In this document: positions 24,635 through 36,838 of the stretch, piece after piece
Layout of the letters: the number at the start of each line of letters is the position of its first letter
Position numbering within the stretch: position 1 is the stretch's first letter
NCBI GenBank assembly: GCA_951406725.2
Contig: OX597823.1
Span: 14,198,001-14,262,000 of the forward strand
Source: Octopus vulgaris
Lineage: Eukaryota
DNA length: 64,000 nt
Reading direction: 5' to 3'
Made by a program: the position numbers and the translations under genes
Notes under the pieces: model-generated
Database searches by the model: none
What the model was told of the DNA's origin: nothing
What the model saw: only the letters and a program-made list of their open reading frames with translations

Positions 24635-24794
24635 TATATAATACCTGATTGAGACCATTTTATTTTGATAGCACTGATTCTAAACTGGTCACAGAAGTTA
24701 AGCAATGTCAAGCCAAGATTTGGTGGAGAGGCAGCTGGTGAAACATAGGTGATGTAGTAGCACCATTAATAATCCTTAACTTGTAAAACAGGTA

Positions 24795-25073
24795 AGGGTT
24801 TGGCAACAGGAAGAGCATCTAGCCATAAGAATCCTGCTTTAATTACCTATTGTCTAAGGCATGCTAGCACAGGAAAACAAATGTTAACTGAAATAAATGG
24901 TCACACACACACACACATAAAAGTTTATGAAGGTTTGGCAACAGGAAGAGCACCCAGCCATAAGAATCCTGCTTTAATTACCTATTGTCTAAGGCATGCT
25001 AGCACAGGAAAACAAATGTTATGTGAAATGAATGGTAACACACACACACACACACACACACACATAAAAGTTT
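24795..25073 (+). repeat. Tandem duplication of a ~135-bp unit (family C tail remnant plus (CA)n)
   Basis: GGTTTGGCAACAGGAAGAGCA...CACATAAAAGTTT occurs twice. Confidence 0.85.
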
Positions 25074-25087
25074 CTGTTTGGTTTATA

Positions 25088-25300
25088 CAGGGTGCAGCAG
25101 AAATACCTCCCTCATTTTAAACTTTCACCTATGTGTCGTTAATGAACTTATGCACGAGCCATTGATGTTTTCATTTAGCTAATGCACAAAAACTGTAACC
25201 CTTTGTTTAAACAACAGTAAAATTTATTTTTCATAAGTGTTGTTTTTTTTTCCCTTTTGTCAACCCTTTCAAATTTGGGAGGTATTTCTGCCATACCCTG
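25088..25300. mobile_element. Tc1/mariner-type MITE
   Basis: TA-CAGGGTGCAGCAGAAATACCTCCC ... GGGAGGTATTTCTGCCATACCCTG-TA. Confidence 0.8.
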
Positions 25301-25574
25301 TACAACCAAGGTTCTTTTTCATTGTCCATACAGGAACTAGTTTCTCTGAGGAAAAATGGGTTCTCCATTTGGCCCCACATTTTCAGGGGTCTATATATTT
25401 GTATCTAATACTGTAAATCAAAATATGGCTGAACATAACCGTGTCAAACAGTGAGAATGGATGCTCAACACACCATTGGTGGATAAAGGTTCATTTGTGT
25501 TTTAAGACAACCATGGTTTCATGTTAAGAAAAATATCGTAATTTTTCAAGCTGATCACATGGAGGATATATATA

Positions 25575-26215
25575 TACATATATAAAAATACAAATGGGAC
25601 AAGAATGCAAAACATCCAGAAAGACGATACAAAAAACACGACGGGTCATTTGAAGCCTTTAATCTTCAGTCAAGAACCGGACCATCCTCGCAATTTCGGC
25701 TGATTAATCTTGAGATTGCTGCAATCTGGCCAGCCCCAAGGAAAAACTAAGCTAAGAGCGTTAGATTCCTTGGAAAAAGACATCGAATGTATACAAAACA
25801 AGGACGGAAAAACGGACAATGTTACACAAATATAAATACAAAAAACAATAATAATAATAATAATAACAGGACATAACAACAGGCATCTTTCGACTGGAGA
25901 CGAATTGAATTCAGCTGACGTGTTGGGAATTAAGCCTTATGGTAGAGGAAAAATATCGATGTGACAGTGGCCATGGTCAAATGTAAAAGGGCTAGCAGTC
26001 GGCCAAGAGAAGAGAGAGAAAAAGAGGAACAAAGGAATTAAGGAGGGGGAGAAGAGAGAGAAAGTGTATAGAGGAATCAAGGAGTGGCGAGAAAAAAGAG
26101 GGAGACAGGGACATAGTGAAGAGCAAAGTAAGAAAGGCAAAGAAATGTGAGAGAGGACGGAGGAGAGAGAGTGGGGAGGAGAGAGAGTGTTGAAGAAGTC
26201 ATACAATATATATAT
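25575..26215 (-). mobile_element. Unclassified retroelement end, possibly a PLE pseudo-LTR
   Basis: Complex plus purine-rich block between (TA)n tracts, organised like family H1. No intact HHR. Confidence 0.3.
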
Positions 26216-26724
26216 ATATATAGATCAGCTATGTTCATAACATGTACATTAAGACAGGTATAGGAGAATAGGCAGATAAACAAAGAAAATAATGAGAACT
26301 CTATCCATAGATTCACTATATATGTATGGAAGTAGTAGGTCACCTTACAGATATGAAATGTCTGTAGTCAAACCCTTTTTGAGGGTAACTTTTAAGTTTT
26401 CATCTATTAATGAAGATTTCAATATGGAAATCCTAAAAGCGGGAAGTCTTATCTACAGAATAAAAATAAATCCCTCACACATGTACAACACAGTAGAAAT
26501 ACAACAGTTACTTATATAGTGTGGTACGTGACCCAAATGCAACCTAATTAAAGACATCCTGAAAATGTCTTTGAAACCTCATAAAGCAGAACAATAGTAT
26601 CAAACCTAATGAATAATTAATAGAATACTTTACAAAAGCACTAAGAAGAATGTAAAACCTTCTCCTCAACAAGAAACTGCAAAATTACAAACCATACAGT
26701 TAATGCAAAATGTTCTAACATTAA

Positions 26725-26945
26725 CCCTTCAGAATTTAAACTGGTCGTATTTGGCCCATTTGGCCCAAATATTCTATCAGTTTTTATGTCCAGACCAGCC
26801 GTATGGGGTCTCTCACCCCAACACAACAATGTCGTTCTAAAAATAAACAATCATTTCATCAAAATCTCAGAGCTACAGGATAATCCATGATTAATTAATG
26901 CAAAACAATGTGAATTAATAAGCAATACATTTGACGAAGTAATCA
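26725..26945 (+). mobile_element. piggyBac-like MITE P1, 3'-degenerate
   Basis: TTAACCCTT start and P1 body. Confidence 0.65.
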
Positions 26946-27395
26946 TGAAAGCAGTTGATTTCAGATGTCAAACACTGGACACACACAAGTCTGACAACTT
27001 CTCGTCAATTGACCGTACTTTTACAAGCATCTATTACACTACATTATAATACATTGCACAAAAGAAAACTAGGTAAAAAAAAGAAAACATTGGTTGATAA
27101 CACATCCAGTCTATGTAGAATTCCATAATAAAGTAGATTAACCAGGGAAGCTTTATTTCACCACATGGTCCAGTCTTTGTTGTGGTTGTGGTGGCTCATA
27201 TGCTTCAATGATCCTGAGAGCTTTGCCAGAGGAGTGCAAGCTCCAGATAAGGCCTCCCATGCTTGACTGTTCAAAGGATAGAGACCAAACAAAATGGCTT
27301 TGTGTAGGGCCAACATCTCTACCGAGAAAAAAAGCAAACTTGCAGAAGCACTGATGACAACTGAGAGCAGACGTGGAGGGGCATTAGGGGCTTAA

Positions 27396-27616
27396 CTGTT
27401 CAGCATTTAAACCAGCTATATCTGGCCAAAATACTCTTTCTTGTTTTATGTTCAAACTAACCAGATCTAGCCTCTAAAACCTCTCTACAATGTTAGTCTA
27501 AAAAATATACAGTCACTTAATCAAAATCTCAAGGCTACAAGATAATGCATGATTAATTTAAAACAGTGTGAATAAATAAACATTACATTTGACAGGATAA
27601 TCTGAACACTAGATGG
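27396..27616 (+). mobile_element. piggyBac-like MITE P1
   Basis: P1 body ending ACTAGATGG-TTAA. Confidence 0.7.
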
Positions 27617-28334
27617 TTAAATAAAGGAAGGAAGGAAGATTTATTGGTGCCAAAAAGCAAAGCAAAGCTCCACACAGTGATACAGTATACATGAAATAAA
27701 CTACAAAAATGTGCCATTTTAAATAATTTAAACAATTTTGAATCCGGTAATGATTTTCTTGGTTACAACATTATTCTTATCATTTCCTGCTGCCTGCAGC
27801 AACATGTGGCAATGACTTGCTACTATGACCCTTTCATACAGAAGATGAAACTGAGAAGGCCTTGAAGTGGTAATGAACTAACAAACAATGCTATTCCAAA
27901 CCAAACGCAAGGACTAAATAGGAAATAATGGACTAAAAAAGAAAAAACAAACAGTCATATCTTCAACATAATGTTTGAAACAAGAGCTATTAGTAACATA
28001 TAGTCAAATATATATTAAATGATGCTGCTGATGACGATATACATGCAAAGGCTCATGGCCCAGAGGTTAGGGGTTGCACTAATGATTGCTAGATCGCAGG
28101 TTCAATTCCTTGACTGCATGGCATGTTGTGCTCTTGAGCAAAACACTTCATTCCACATTGCTCCAGTCAACTTACTTGTAAAGGACAAGTCTTCCAATCT
28201 GGTAAGGGAGTAGATGTTGGCCTGCTCCCCTAGCCACCAGGGTGCCATCATTCAAAAACTAAAATAATGCAAAGTGCATTGTGACCAGCGATGTATTGCA
28301 ACATGTGGATAGTTTGGATGATCATGTGAGATAT

Positions 28335-28670
28335 ATGTGTGCCCATAAGGTGCCATGTAAAAGCACCCATGCGGTGCCACTTAAAAGTGCCTGTGTGGCG
28401 CCACATAAAAGAACCCATGCGGCACCACATCAAAGGGCCCATGTGTTACCACATAAAAGCACCCATGAGGCACCAGACAAAACTGCCCGTGCAATGCCAC
28501 GTAAAAGCACCCAGCACATTCTGTAAAGTGGTTGGCATTAGGAAGGACATCCAGCCATAGAAACAATGCCAAATCAGAATGGAGTCAGGTGCCACCTCAC
28601 CCCCACTTGCCAGCTCTGATCAAACTATTCGACTCATGCCAGCATGGACAAGGGATGTTAAATGATGATG
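28335..28670 (+). mobile_element. Retroposon family C with expanded ~24-bp subrepeats
   Basis: About seven diverged GCCACGTAAAAGCACCC units before the conserved tail. Confidence 0.7.
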
Positions 28671-28673
28671 GTA

Positions 28674-28709
<36 letters not shown>

Positions 28710-29100
28710 GGCGCAGGAGTGGCTGGGTGGTAAGTAGCTTGCTTACCAGCCACATGGTTCCGGGTTCAGTCCCACTGTGTGGCACCTTGGGCAAGTATCT
28801 TCTACCACAGCCTCAGGCCGACCAAAACATTGTGAGTGGATTTGGTAAATGGAAACTGAAAGAAGCCCTTCGTATATATGTGTGTGTGTGTGTTTGTATT
28901 TGTGTCTGTGTTTGTCCCCCCAACATCGCTTGACAACCGATGCTGGTGCGTTTATGTCTCCATCACTTAGCGGTTCGGCAAGACAGACCAATAGAATAAG
29001 TACTAGGCTTACAAAGAATAAGTCCTGGGGTCGATTTGCTCGACTAAAGGCGGTGATCCAGCATGGCCGCAGTCAAATGACTGAAACAAAAAGAAGAAAT
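28710..29100 (+). mobile_element. SINE family A
   Basis: Full length. Confidence 0.85.
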
Positions 29101-29125
29101 AGAAAAATAGATAGATAGATATTTA

Positions 29126-29460
29126 GTGAAGGCGCATGGCTCAGTGGTTAGAGCGTCGAGCTTACAATCATGAGGTTGTGAGTTCGATTCCCGAACCAGG
29201 CTGCATGTTGTGTTCTTGAGCAAGACACTTTATTTCAAGTTGTTCCAGTTCACTCAGCTGTAGAAATGAGTTGTGATGTCACTGATGCCAAGCTGTATTG
29301 GCCTTTGCCTTTCCCTTGGATGACATCGGTGGCATGGAGAGGGAAGGCTGGTATGCATGGGCAACTGCTGGTCTTCTATAAACAAACCTTACCAGGACTT
29401 GTGCCTCGGAGGGTAACTTTCTAGGTGCATTCCTATGGTCATTGATGACCGAAGAGAGTC
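29126..29460 (+). mobile_element. SINE family D, different tail
   Basis: GGCGCATGGCTCAGTGGTTAGAGCG..GAGTTCGATTCCC head and GTTCTTGAGCAAGACACTT core. A related copy lies at 28047-28290. Confidence 0.75.
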
Positions 29461-29654
29461 ACCGTATATATATTTAGGAAGAAACGATTGACAGTTAATA
29501 CAAAGTTTTGACTATGCAAGTTTCATAGTACAGTCAGATGGAGGCTACATAGCTAAACTTTGAATTACAAACAAAACCGACAATAACAGGTATTGAATGA
29601 TGATCCTTCAAATTTAATGTTAGTTTTTATATATAACCATACTTAAGAACATAT

Positions 29655-29975
29655 ATCATTATCATCATCGTTTAACGTCCGTTCTCCATGCTAGCATGGG
29701 TTGGACGGTTTAACTGGGGTCTGTGAAGCCAGAAGGCTGCACCAGGCTCCAGTCTTATCTGGCAATGTTTCTACAGCTGGATGCCCTTCCTAACGCCAAC
29801 CACTCCGTGAGTGTAGTGGGTGCTTTTTACGTGCCACCTGCACAGGTGCCAGGCGAGGCTGGCAACGGCCACGGTCGGATTGGTGCATTTTACGTGCCAC
29901 CGGCACGGAAGCAAGTCGTGGCGGGGCTGGCATCGGCCACGATTCGGATAGTGCTTTTTACGTACCACCAGTCTA
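29655..29975 (-). mobile_element. Retroposon family C
   Basis: Closely similar to 8530-8831. Confidence 0.8.
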
Positions 29976-30100
29976 GGGGTCCTGATATATATATATTGAT
30001 AAAAACGGTAAGACAACAAAAGAAAGAAAGAGACCTCGATATTATGTAAATAGAGGAATTTATCTGTAAATGTAATATGTGACAATTATTCGATAGCCAT

Positions 30101-30161
30101 GATAAAACTCCAAGTTTCAGATGTTGAGGTGGACATCCATGCCGCCATTTCTTCAGTTATC
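30101..30161 (-). ncRNA. Hammerhead-like motif in the left arm of an inverted repeat
   Basis: The minus strand reads GATAA-CTGAAGA-AATG..CATC-T-GAAA-CTTGGAG-TT-TTATC: canonical CUGANGA/GAAA core and a GUU triplet. Confidence 0.6.
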
Positions 30162-30199
30162 TGATCATCAGAAAAAATCTTTTTTTTTTCCGATGGCCA

Positions 30200-30260
30200 G
30201 ATAACTGTAGAGATGGGGGCGTGGATTTGCACCTTGGCATCCGAAACTCAGAGTTTTATC
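30200..30260 (+). ncRNA. Hammerhead-like motif in the right arm of an inverted repeat
   Basis: GATAA-CTGTAGA-GATG..CATC-C-GAAA-CTCAGAG-TT-TTATC. Helices I, II and III can form; core position A6 is replaced by T. Confidence 0.55.
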
Positions 30261-30297
30261 ATGGCTACCGAACAATTGTCACATATTACATTTATAG

Positions 30298-30343
<46 letters not shown>

Positions 30344-30427
30344 TGTTGTGTCTAGGGAGAGTCATTTTCTTTTTGTGCCTTATAAAGAATCTTGCAAACC
30401 AAATCCAAAAACGAAATATATATATAT

Positions 30428-31388
30428 ATCATCATCATCATCGTTTAACTTCCACCTTCCATGCTAGCATGGGTGGAACAGTTTCACAAGAGCCAGCCAG
30501 GCAGAGGCTTACACCAGAAGTCTGTGACTGTTTTGGCAGGATTTTTACAGCTGGATGCCCTTCCTAACACCAACCACTCAGCAGAGTGGACTTAGTGCTT
30601 TTTGCATGGCACAAACACAGGTGAGGTCAGTTTTGGCAACGTTTTTACAGCTGGAGGACCTTCCAAAAACCAACCACTTTAAAGTGTGGATTGGGTTCTT
30701 TTAAGTGGCACCTGCACTGACAGGGTCACTAAGTATTTGCAAGACAAAAAAGTGAGAGAGAGAGACATATATACAAACACACACTTAGACATACAATACA
30801 TATATATTATATTTTCTGACTTATAAGGCACATTTTGATGAGGAAAAAGTTTTTGATGACCCAATAATGCAACGTATCAAAGATTTATTTCATACAAAAC
30901 TTTAGCATGCAAAAAGCACCATCCGAATGTGGCCGATGTCAGCACTGCCCTGACTAGATTCTGTGCTGGTGGCACGTAAAAAGCACCAACTGATCGTGGC
31001 CGCTGCCAGCTTCCCCTGGCACCTGTGCCGGTGGTATGTAAAAAGCACCCACAGAGTGATTGGCATTAGGAAGGGCATCCAGGTGTAGAAACACTGCCAG
31101 ATCAGACTGGAGCCTGGTGCAGCCTCCTGGCTTCCCAGACCCCGGTTGACCCCTTCAACCCGTGCTAGCACGGAAAACAGACGTTAAATGATGATGATAC
31201 CTGTGCCGGTGGCACATAAAAAGCACCATCCGAACATGGCCGATGTCAGCGCTGCCTTGACTAGCTTCTGCACCAGTGGCACGTAAAAAGCACCAACTGA
31301 TCGTGGCCGCTGACAGCCTCCCCTGGCACCTGTGCCGGTGGTATGTAAAAAGCACCCACTACACTCACGGAGTGATTGGCATTCAGGT
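30428..31388. mobile_element. Cluster of family C copies (30428-30735 minus; 30905-31197 and 31198-31388 plus)
   Basis: Family C motifs in both orientations. Confidence 0.75.
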
Positions 31389-31676
31389 GTTTTAAACAAA
31401 AAGAGAGAAACAAGTGGTTGACTGGTGGAAAGTTAGTAACTCTTTCCTCCTTAGGATGGCTGTAATGATCTACTATTGGACAGCTCTGTAAGTTTGAGAG
31501 GGAAGCATGAGAAACTGTGAGGCAAGAGTTGCAATAATAGCCACGTGGAATGAATAATGTGATGGATGGCACCGAATATGAACTTGTTTATGAAGATAGG
31601 TATGGCTCAGAAACCGCTCGTAGTTGTGGTCATGGTGTAGATGACAGCAGTAATAAATATTGTAAATAGACTTTGT

Positions 31677-32209
31677 GTTTTTTTAATAATATATGCAAAT
31701 TCTTAATCACAGGTATGGCTGTGTGATTGTGATTAAGAAGCTCACTTTACAACCACGTGGAGGCCATTACCAGAAGGTTTTTAGCTGAACAAATGAACTT
31801 TAGGATTTATTTTCCCTCATAAGTCTGGTATCTTATTTTAACAGTCTCTTTTGTCAAACAGCTAAGTTACAGGGACATAATTCAACGAGTTTTCAAGTAT
31901 AGGAAGAGGCAAGGGGGCAAGAAATACAAAAACACTATACTCATATACACACACACACACACACACGTGGCACGTAAAAAGCACCATCCGATCGTGGCCG
32001 TTTGCCAGCCTCGTCTGGCACCTGTGCCGGTGGTATGTAAAAAGCACCCACTACACTCTCGGAGTGGTTGGCGTTAGGAAGGGCATCCAGCTGTAGAAAC
32101 ACTGCCAGATCAGACTGGGCCTGGTGCAGCCTTCTGGCTTCCCAAACCCCAGTTGAACTGTCCAACCCATGTTAGCATGGAAAGCGCACATTAAACGATG
32201 ATGATGATG

Positions 32210-32254
<45 letters not shown>

Positions 32255-32384
32255 TACACACTACAGGCTTCCACACAGTTTCTATCTACCATACTCCAAA
32301 ACCACATGGTTGTAAAGTGAGCTTCTTAATCACAATCACACAGCCATACCTGTGATTAAGAATTTGCATATATTATTAAAAAAA
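31677..32384. repeat. ~84-bp near-perfect inverted duplication flanking ~540 bp
   Basis: 31677-31760 matches the reverse complement of 32302-32384, with one mismatch seen. Confidence 0.9.
31967..32211 (+). mobile_element. Retroposon family C inside the microsatellite of an old SINE A
   Basis: Family C motifs and a (GAT)n tail. Confidence 0.8.
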
Positions 32385-32889
32385 CTGGCGGGTGGGGTAG
32401 CGCTAGAGAAACCCAGGTACTAATGTCAAGCCCCAGCATATAAATTGCTCATTGAGGCATGAAGGCACAAGGTGAATTTTCTTTATTTTAATTTATATTT
32501 TGCTACCTTTGCAAGGTTTAAGAAGATTGCTCCACCATCAATCACAATGACTGAAGTGCAATTACCATGCAAGGTACTTACAGAAAATGCATTTTAAGCA
32601 CACTTTTGAGTTAACAAAAGCTTATTCATGAGTGAAATTGGGCAGATGGAATTTTTTTGTTTTTTACCAAACTTGTTAGGTGGTTTGTACGTGTAATTCA
32701 AAGGGCATGCTATGTCACGACGACTCTATTTGAGAATTATGTCAAGGTACACATGTCTGCGGAGCATTCAGCCGCTTATCTACCAGCAAGTTGTTCAGTT
32801 GCTTAAACAACTGAATACTTACCAGTGAGACCGACATCAAGTTAGTTACGTAATATGTAAACACACATGAGTACATCTATATAATATAT

Positions 32890-33214
32890 AGGCATAATAC
32901 ATAGAATATATACACACACACGATACATATATAAATATATAAATATCATATACACACACAATACATATATAAATATTATATTTATATATATATATATACA
33001 CAATACATATACAAATATATGAATATTATATATATACACACACAATACATATATAAATATTATATTTATATATATATATATATACACACAATACATATAC
33101 AAATATATGAATATTATATAAATATACACACACAATACATATCTATATATAAATGAATATATATATATATATACATACACACACAATACATATATTAATG
33201 AATATTGTACATAT

Positions 33215-33280
<66 letters not shown>
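32890..33280. repeat. AT-rich minisatellite (CACACAATACATAT units) and (TA)n
   Basis: Direct inspection. Confidence 0.8.
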
Positions 33281-33284
<4 letters not shown>

Positions 33285-33354
33285 CAGAGAGAGCATATAC
33301 TATGAGATACATAATATTGGAATTTTAGGAATTTATTAATTTCAAGAGAATATT

Positions 33355-33578
33355 GATCGTTAGCATTTAAACCGGCCATATCCAACCCATATTTTTTTTT
33401 TCCTGTTTTATGTTCAAACTGACCAGATCTGGCCTTTCACACCTACCAAACAATGTCATTGTAAAAATAAGCAACCACATCATTGAAATCTCATGGTTAC
33501 AAGATAATGCCTGGTTAATCCAAAACACGGTGAATAAATAAGCATTACATTTGACATAGTAATCTGAACACTAAATGG
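33355..33578 (+). mobile_element. piggyBac-like MITE P1
   Basis: P1 body ending CTAAATGG-TTAA. Confidence 0.7.
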
Positions 33579-34008
33579 TTAAATAATCCATTTGTTGGGA
33601 CAGTGTCTCAAAGCACATGAAGCTATAAATAAAAGCACCCAATGGTAGACAGCCTGTCAATGTTTACAGGAAATACAGTTGGACTCCCTTTGTATTTTTC
33701 TACCCAAAGGATTCTTAACTCAATATTTACACATTATTATTAATAGCTTTACATGCTTCAAGATACACTGTTCCAAAAAAGAATTGCATGATATAATATA
33801 TATATATACATATACAGTATATAGAGAGAAATAACACAAATGGGTTGAAATTCACAACAGCTGTTTCAGACATGTGTTTTCTATTCATGAATATACCGAT
33901 TGCATCATAAAAAAAATCATTTTCTTCAAGTGAATTAAAATTTAAAAAATTAAACAGTATATATGTATGTCCTATACATAAATATATACTGCACATACAT
34001 ATTCAAAT

Positions 34009-34186
34009 TAGGAGGGGCTGTGTGGTACGAAGCTTGCTTACAAACCACATGGTTCCGGGTTCAGTCCTTGGGCACCTTGGGCAAGTGTCTTCTACTATAG
34101 CTTCGGGGCGACCAAAGCCTTGCGGGTGGATTTAGTAGATGGAAACTGAAAGAAGCCTGTCATTTATATAAATGTGTGTGTGTGTG

Positions 34187-34217
<31 letters not shown>

Positions 34218-34428
34218 GTGTGTATATGTTTGTGTGTCTGTATTTGTCCCTGCACCATCGCTTAACAACCGATGGTGGTGTGTTTACATCCCCGTAACTT
34301 CGCAGTTCAGCAAAAGACACCGGTAGAATAAGTACTAGGCTTATAAAGAGTAAGTCCTGGTGTCGATTTGTTTGACTAAAATCAGTGGCTCCAGCATGGC
34401 CACAGTCAAATGATTGAAATTAAAAAAA
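34009..34428 (+). mobile_element. SINE family A
   Basis: Full length. Confidence 0.85.
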
Positions 34429-34448
34429 GGATATATATACATATATAC

Positions 34449-34517
<69 letters not shown>

Positions 34518-34948
34518 TTCATCATATTAAATAGATGATTATATGTCAATATGTACTTATGTGGCCAAAAAGAATCATCTTCTATCGCCATCTCTGTAGA
34601 CATTTCAGCAGAAATAATTTCAAGATGAAGACAGAACCTTGTAAGAATGCCAAAACACAGTATTAAACATAAATAGAAGATATGCATTTGTAATAAATAT
34701 ATAGCGTATGTGTATATGAGGATGCGTGGCCTAGTGGTTAGGTGATGCACTCACAATAGGGAAATTGTGGGTTCATCTCCTGGACTGGAGATTTGTCTTC
34801 TTGAGGAAAACACTCAATCTCACATTACTCTATGATTATACACAAACATTTGATCGCTGTAAGCAAATCATCTGTGAGGCTGTTCAGCAAGGAACTGCAG
34901 AACCCTCAAATGTCATTTACAACAGAATACACCATGCATATAAATATA

Positions 34949-35000
<52 letters not shown>

Positions 35001-35132
35001 AACAATTGCAGCGTGGAAGGTGCTTATAAGCCATTTAAGAAACACTACAATTGTTTTCGTTCCAGCACACGATCTCAGATCAGGTCACTTGCTATGCAAG
35101 TACATCTCTGTAACATATATATATATACATGT

Positions 35133-36009
35133 ATGGCATGGCTGTGTGGTAAGAAGCTGGCTTCTCAACCACATGCTTCCGGGTTCAGTCCCGCTGCGTG
35201 GCACCTTGGGCAAGTGTTCTACTATAGCCTCGGGCTTACCAAGGCCTTGTGAGTGGATTTGGTAGATGGAAACCGAAAGAAGCCCGTCGTGTGTGTGTGT
35301 ATATATATATACATATATATGTATGTATGTATATATTTGTGTGTGTGTCTGTGTTTGTCCCTACCATCATCGCTTGACAACCGATGTTGGTGTGTTTACG
35401 TCCCCGTAGTTTAGCGATTCAGCAAAAGAAACTGATAGAATTAGTACTACAAAGAATAAGCCCCGCTGTCAATTTGTTCAACTAAAGGTGGTGCTCCAGC
35501 ATAGCCACAGTCAAATGACTGAAACAAGTAAAAGAATAAAAGGAAAAAGAATATATATATATAAATATATATATAGACCCAGGAGTGGCTGTGTGGTAAG
35601 AAGTTTGCTTCCAACCACATGGTTCTAGGTTCAGTTCGACTGTTTGACACCTTGGGCAAGTATCTTCTAAGCAATGTGAGCCTTGTGACCAAAACCTTGT
35701 GAGTGAATTTGGTAGATGGAAACTAAAAGAAGCCCTTCATACATATATATATGTATGTATGAATGTATATTTATGTGTGTGTCTTTCTATGTGCGTGTCT
35801 TTCTCTCTGTGTTTGGCTCCCCCACCACCTTTGGACAACCAGTGTTGGTGTGTTTATATTCCTGTAACTTAGCGGTTCAGCAAAAGAGGTTGATAGAATA
35901 AGTAGCATGTTTTAAAAAAATTAAGAGGTACTGGATTCAATTCATTCAACAAAAAATTCAAGGCGGTGCCACAGCATGGCCACAGTCTAATGACAAACAA
36001 CTAAAAGAT
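35133..36009 (+). mobile_element. Two adjacent SINE family A copies (35133-35550, 35576-36009)
   Basis: Both collinear with family A. Confidence 0.8.
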
Positions 36010-36073
36010 ATACATACACATATATATATATATTCTTTTATTTGTTTGTCATTTTGACTGCGGCCTACACATA

Positions 36074-36559
36074 CCGTAAATCCTCGAGTATAGTCTGCCC
36101 TCGAGTATAATACGCAGGGGATTTTTAGAGGGTTGTACCTCTGAAAACCTAAACCTAGTGTATAATAGGTACCCCTTCTCTAACTTGAGTCAAGGAGGTC
36201 TATATAACGTCCTTGCTTTGTAAAAATGTATACGGTAACGTCCTTTATTATTATTATTATTATTGTATATATAACATAATGCAAACGTGTGGCTTTTTTG
36301 TGCATTTTGTTTGCAGAAAATAAAGAAATAATAGTAATAATGTTTAATAAATGTTGCTAACTGCAAGTTATGGATGATTGAAGGTATTTTCGCGCCCGAC
36401 GTCACAAAATGCGTCTGAATAAACATTGTCGGACAGCAAATAGACTCGGACATTGCTTAGAAAATATTTTTCATTTTTAACCTAGTATATAGTATGCACT
36501 AGGGATTTGGACCTTTAAATTTTGGGGAAAACATGCGGATTATACTCGAGGATTTACGG
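36074..36559. mobile_element. pogo/Tigger-type MITE
   Basis: TA-CCGTAAATCCTCGAGTATA ... TATACTCGAGGATTTACGG, with an internal repeat of the CTCGAGTATA motif. Confidence 0.8.
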
Positions 36560-36626
36560 CATGTGTGTGTTCCTTGGGAGATGTGTAGAGAAAGAGATTC
36601 TTTACTTGAAAAAAAATCAGGTAAGA

Positions 36627-36788
36627 GGCGCAGGAGTGGCTGTGTGGTAAGTAGCTTGCTAACCAACCACATGGTTCCGGGTTCAGTCCCACTGTGTGGC
36701 ATCTTGGGCAAGTGTCTTCTGCTAAAGCCCCGGGCCGACCAATGCCTTGTGAGTGGATTTGGTAGACGGAAACTGAAAGAAGCCTGTC

Positions 36789-36838
<50 letters not shown>

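Larger units (their letters stand above)
29995..30300. mobile_element. Penelope pseudo-LTR-like element with an inverted arm (imperfect ~116-bp hairpin, 30061-30176 / 30185-30300)
   Basis: Inverted arms, an HHR motif in each arm, and flanking (TA)n. Confidence 0.6.

Noticed and set aside
25638-25675. Minus-strand CTGAAGA as a hammerhead core
   Set aside because: Followed by TCAAA rather than GAAA, with no clear helix II.
26349-26451. Minus-strand candidate exon with acceptor and GTAAGG donor
   Set aside because: It stops early in the phase required by exon 1 and shows no IRF2BP similarity.
28335-28515. CRISPR-like repeat-spacer pattern
   Set aside because: Short diverged subrepeats inside a eukaryotic retroposon; no cas genes and no unique equal-length spacers.
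34559-34638. Minus-strand segment with AG/GT-like borders as IRF2BP exon 2
   Set aside because: In phase 1 it reads GSVFILKLFLLKCLQRWR-stop, with no similarity to the expected continuation.
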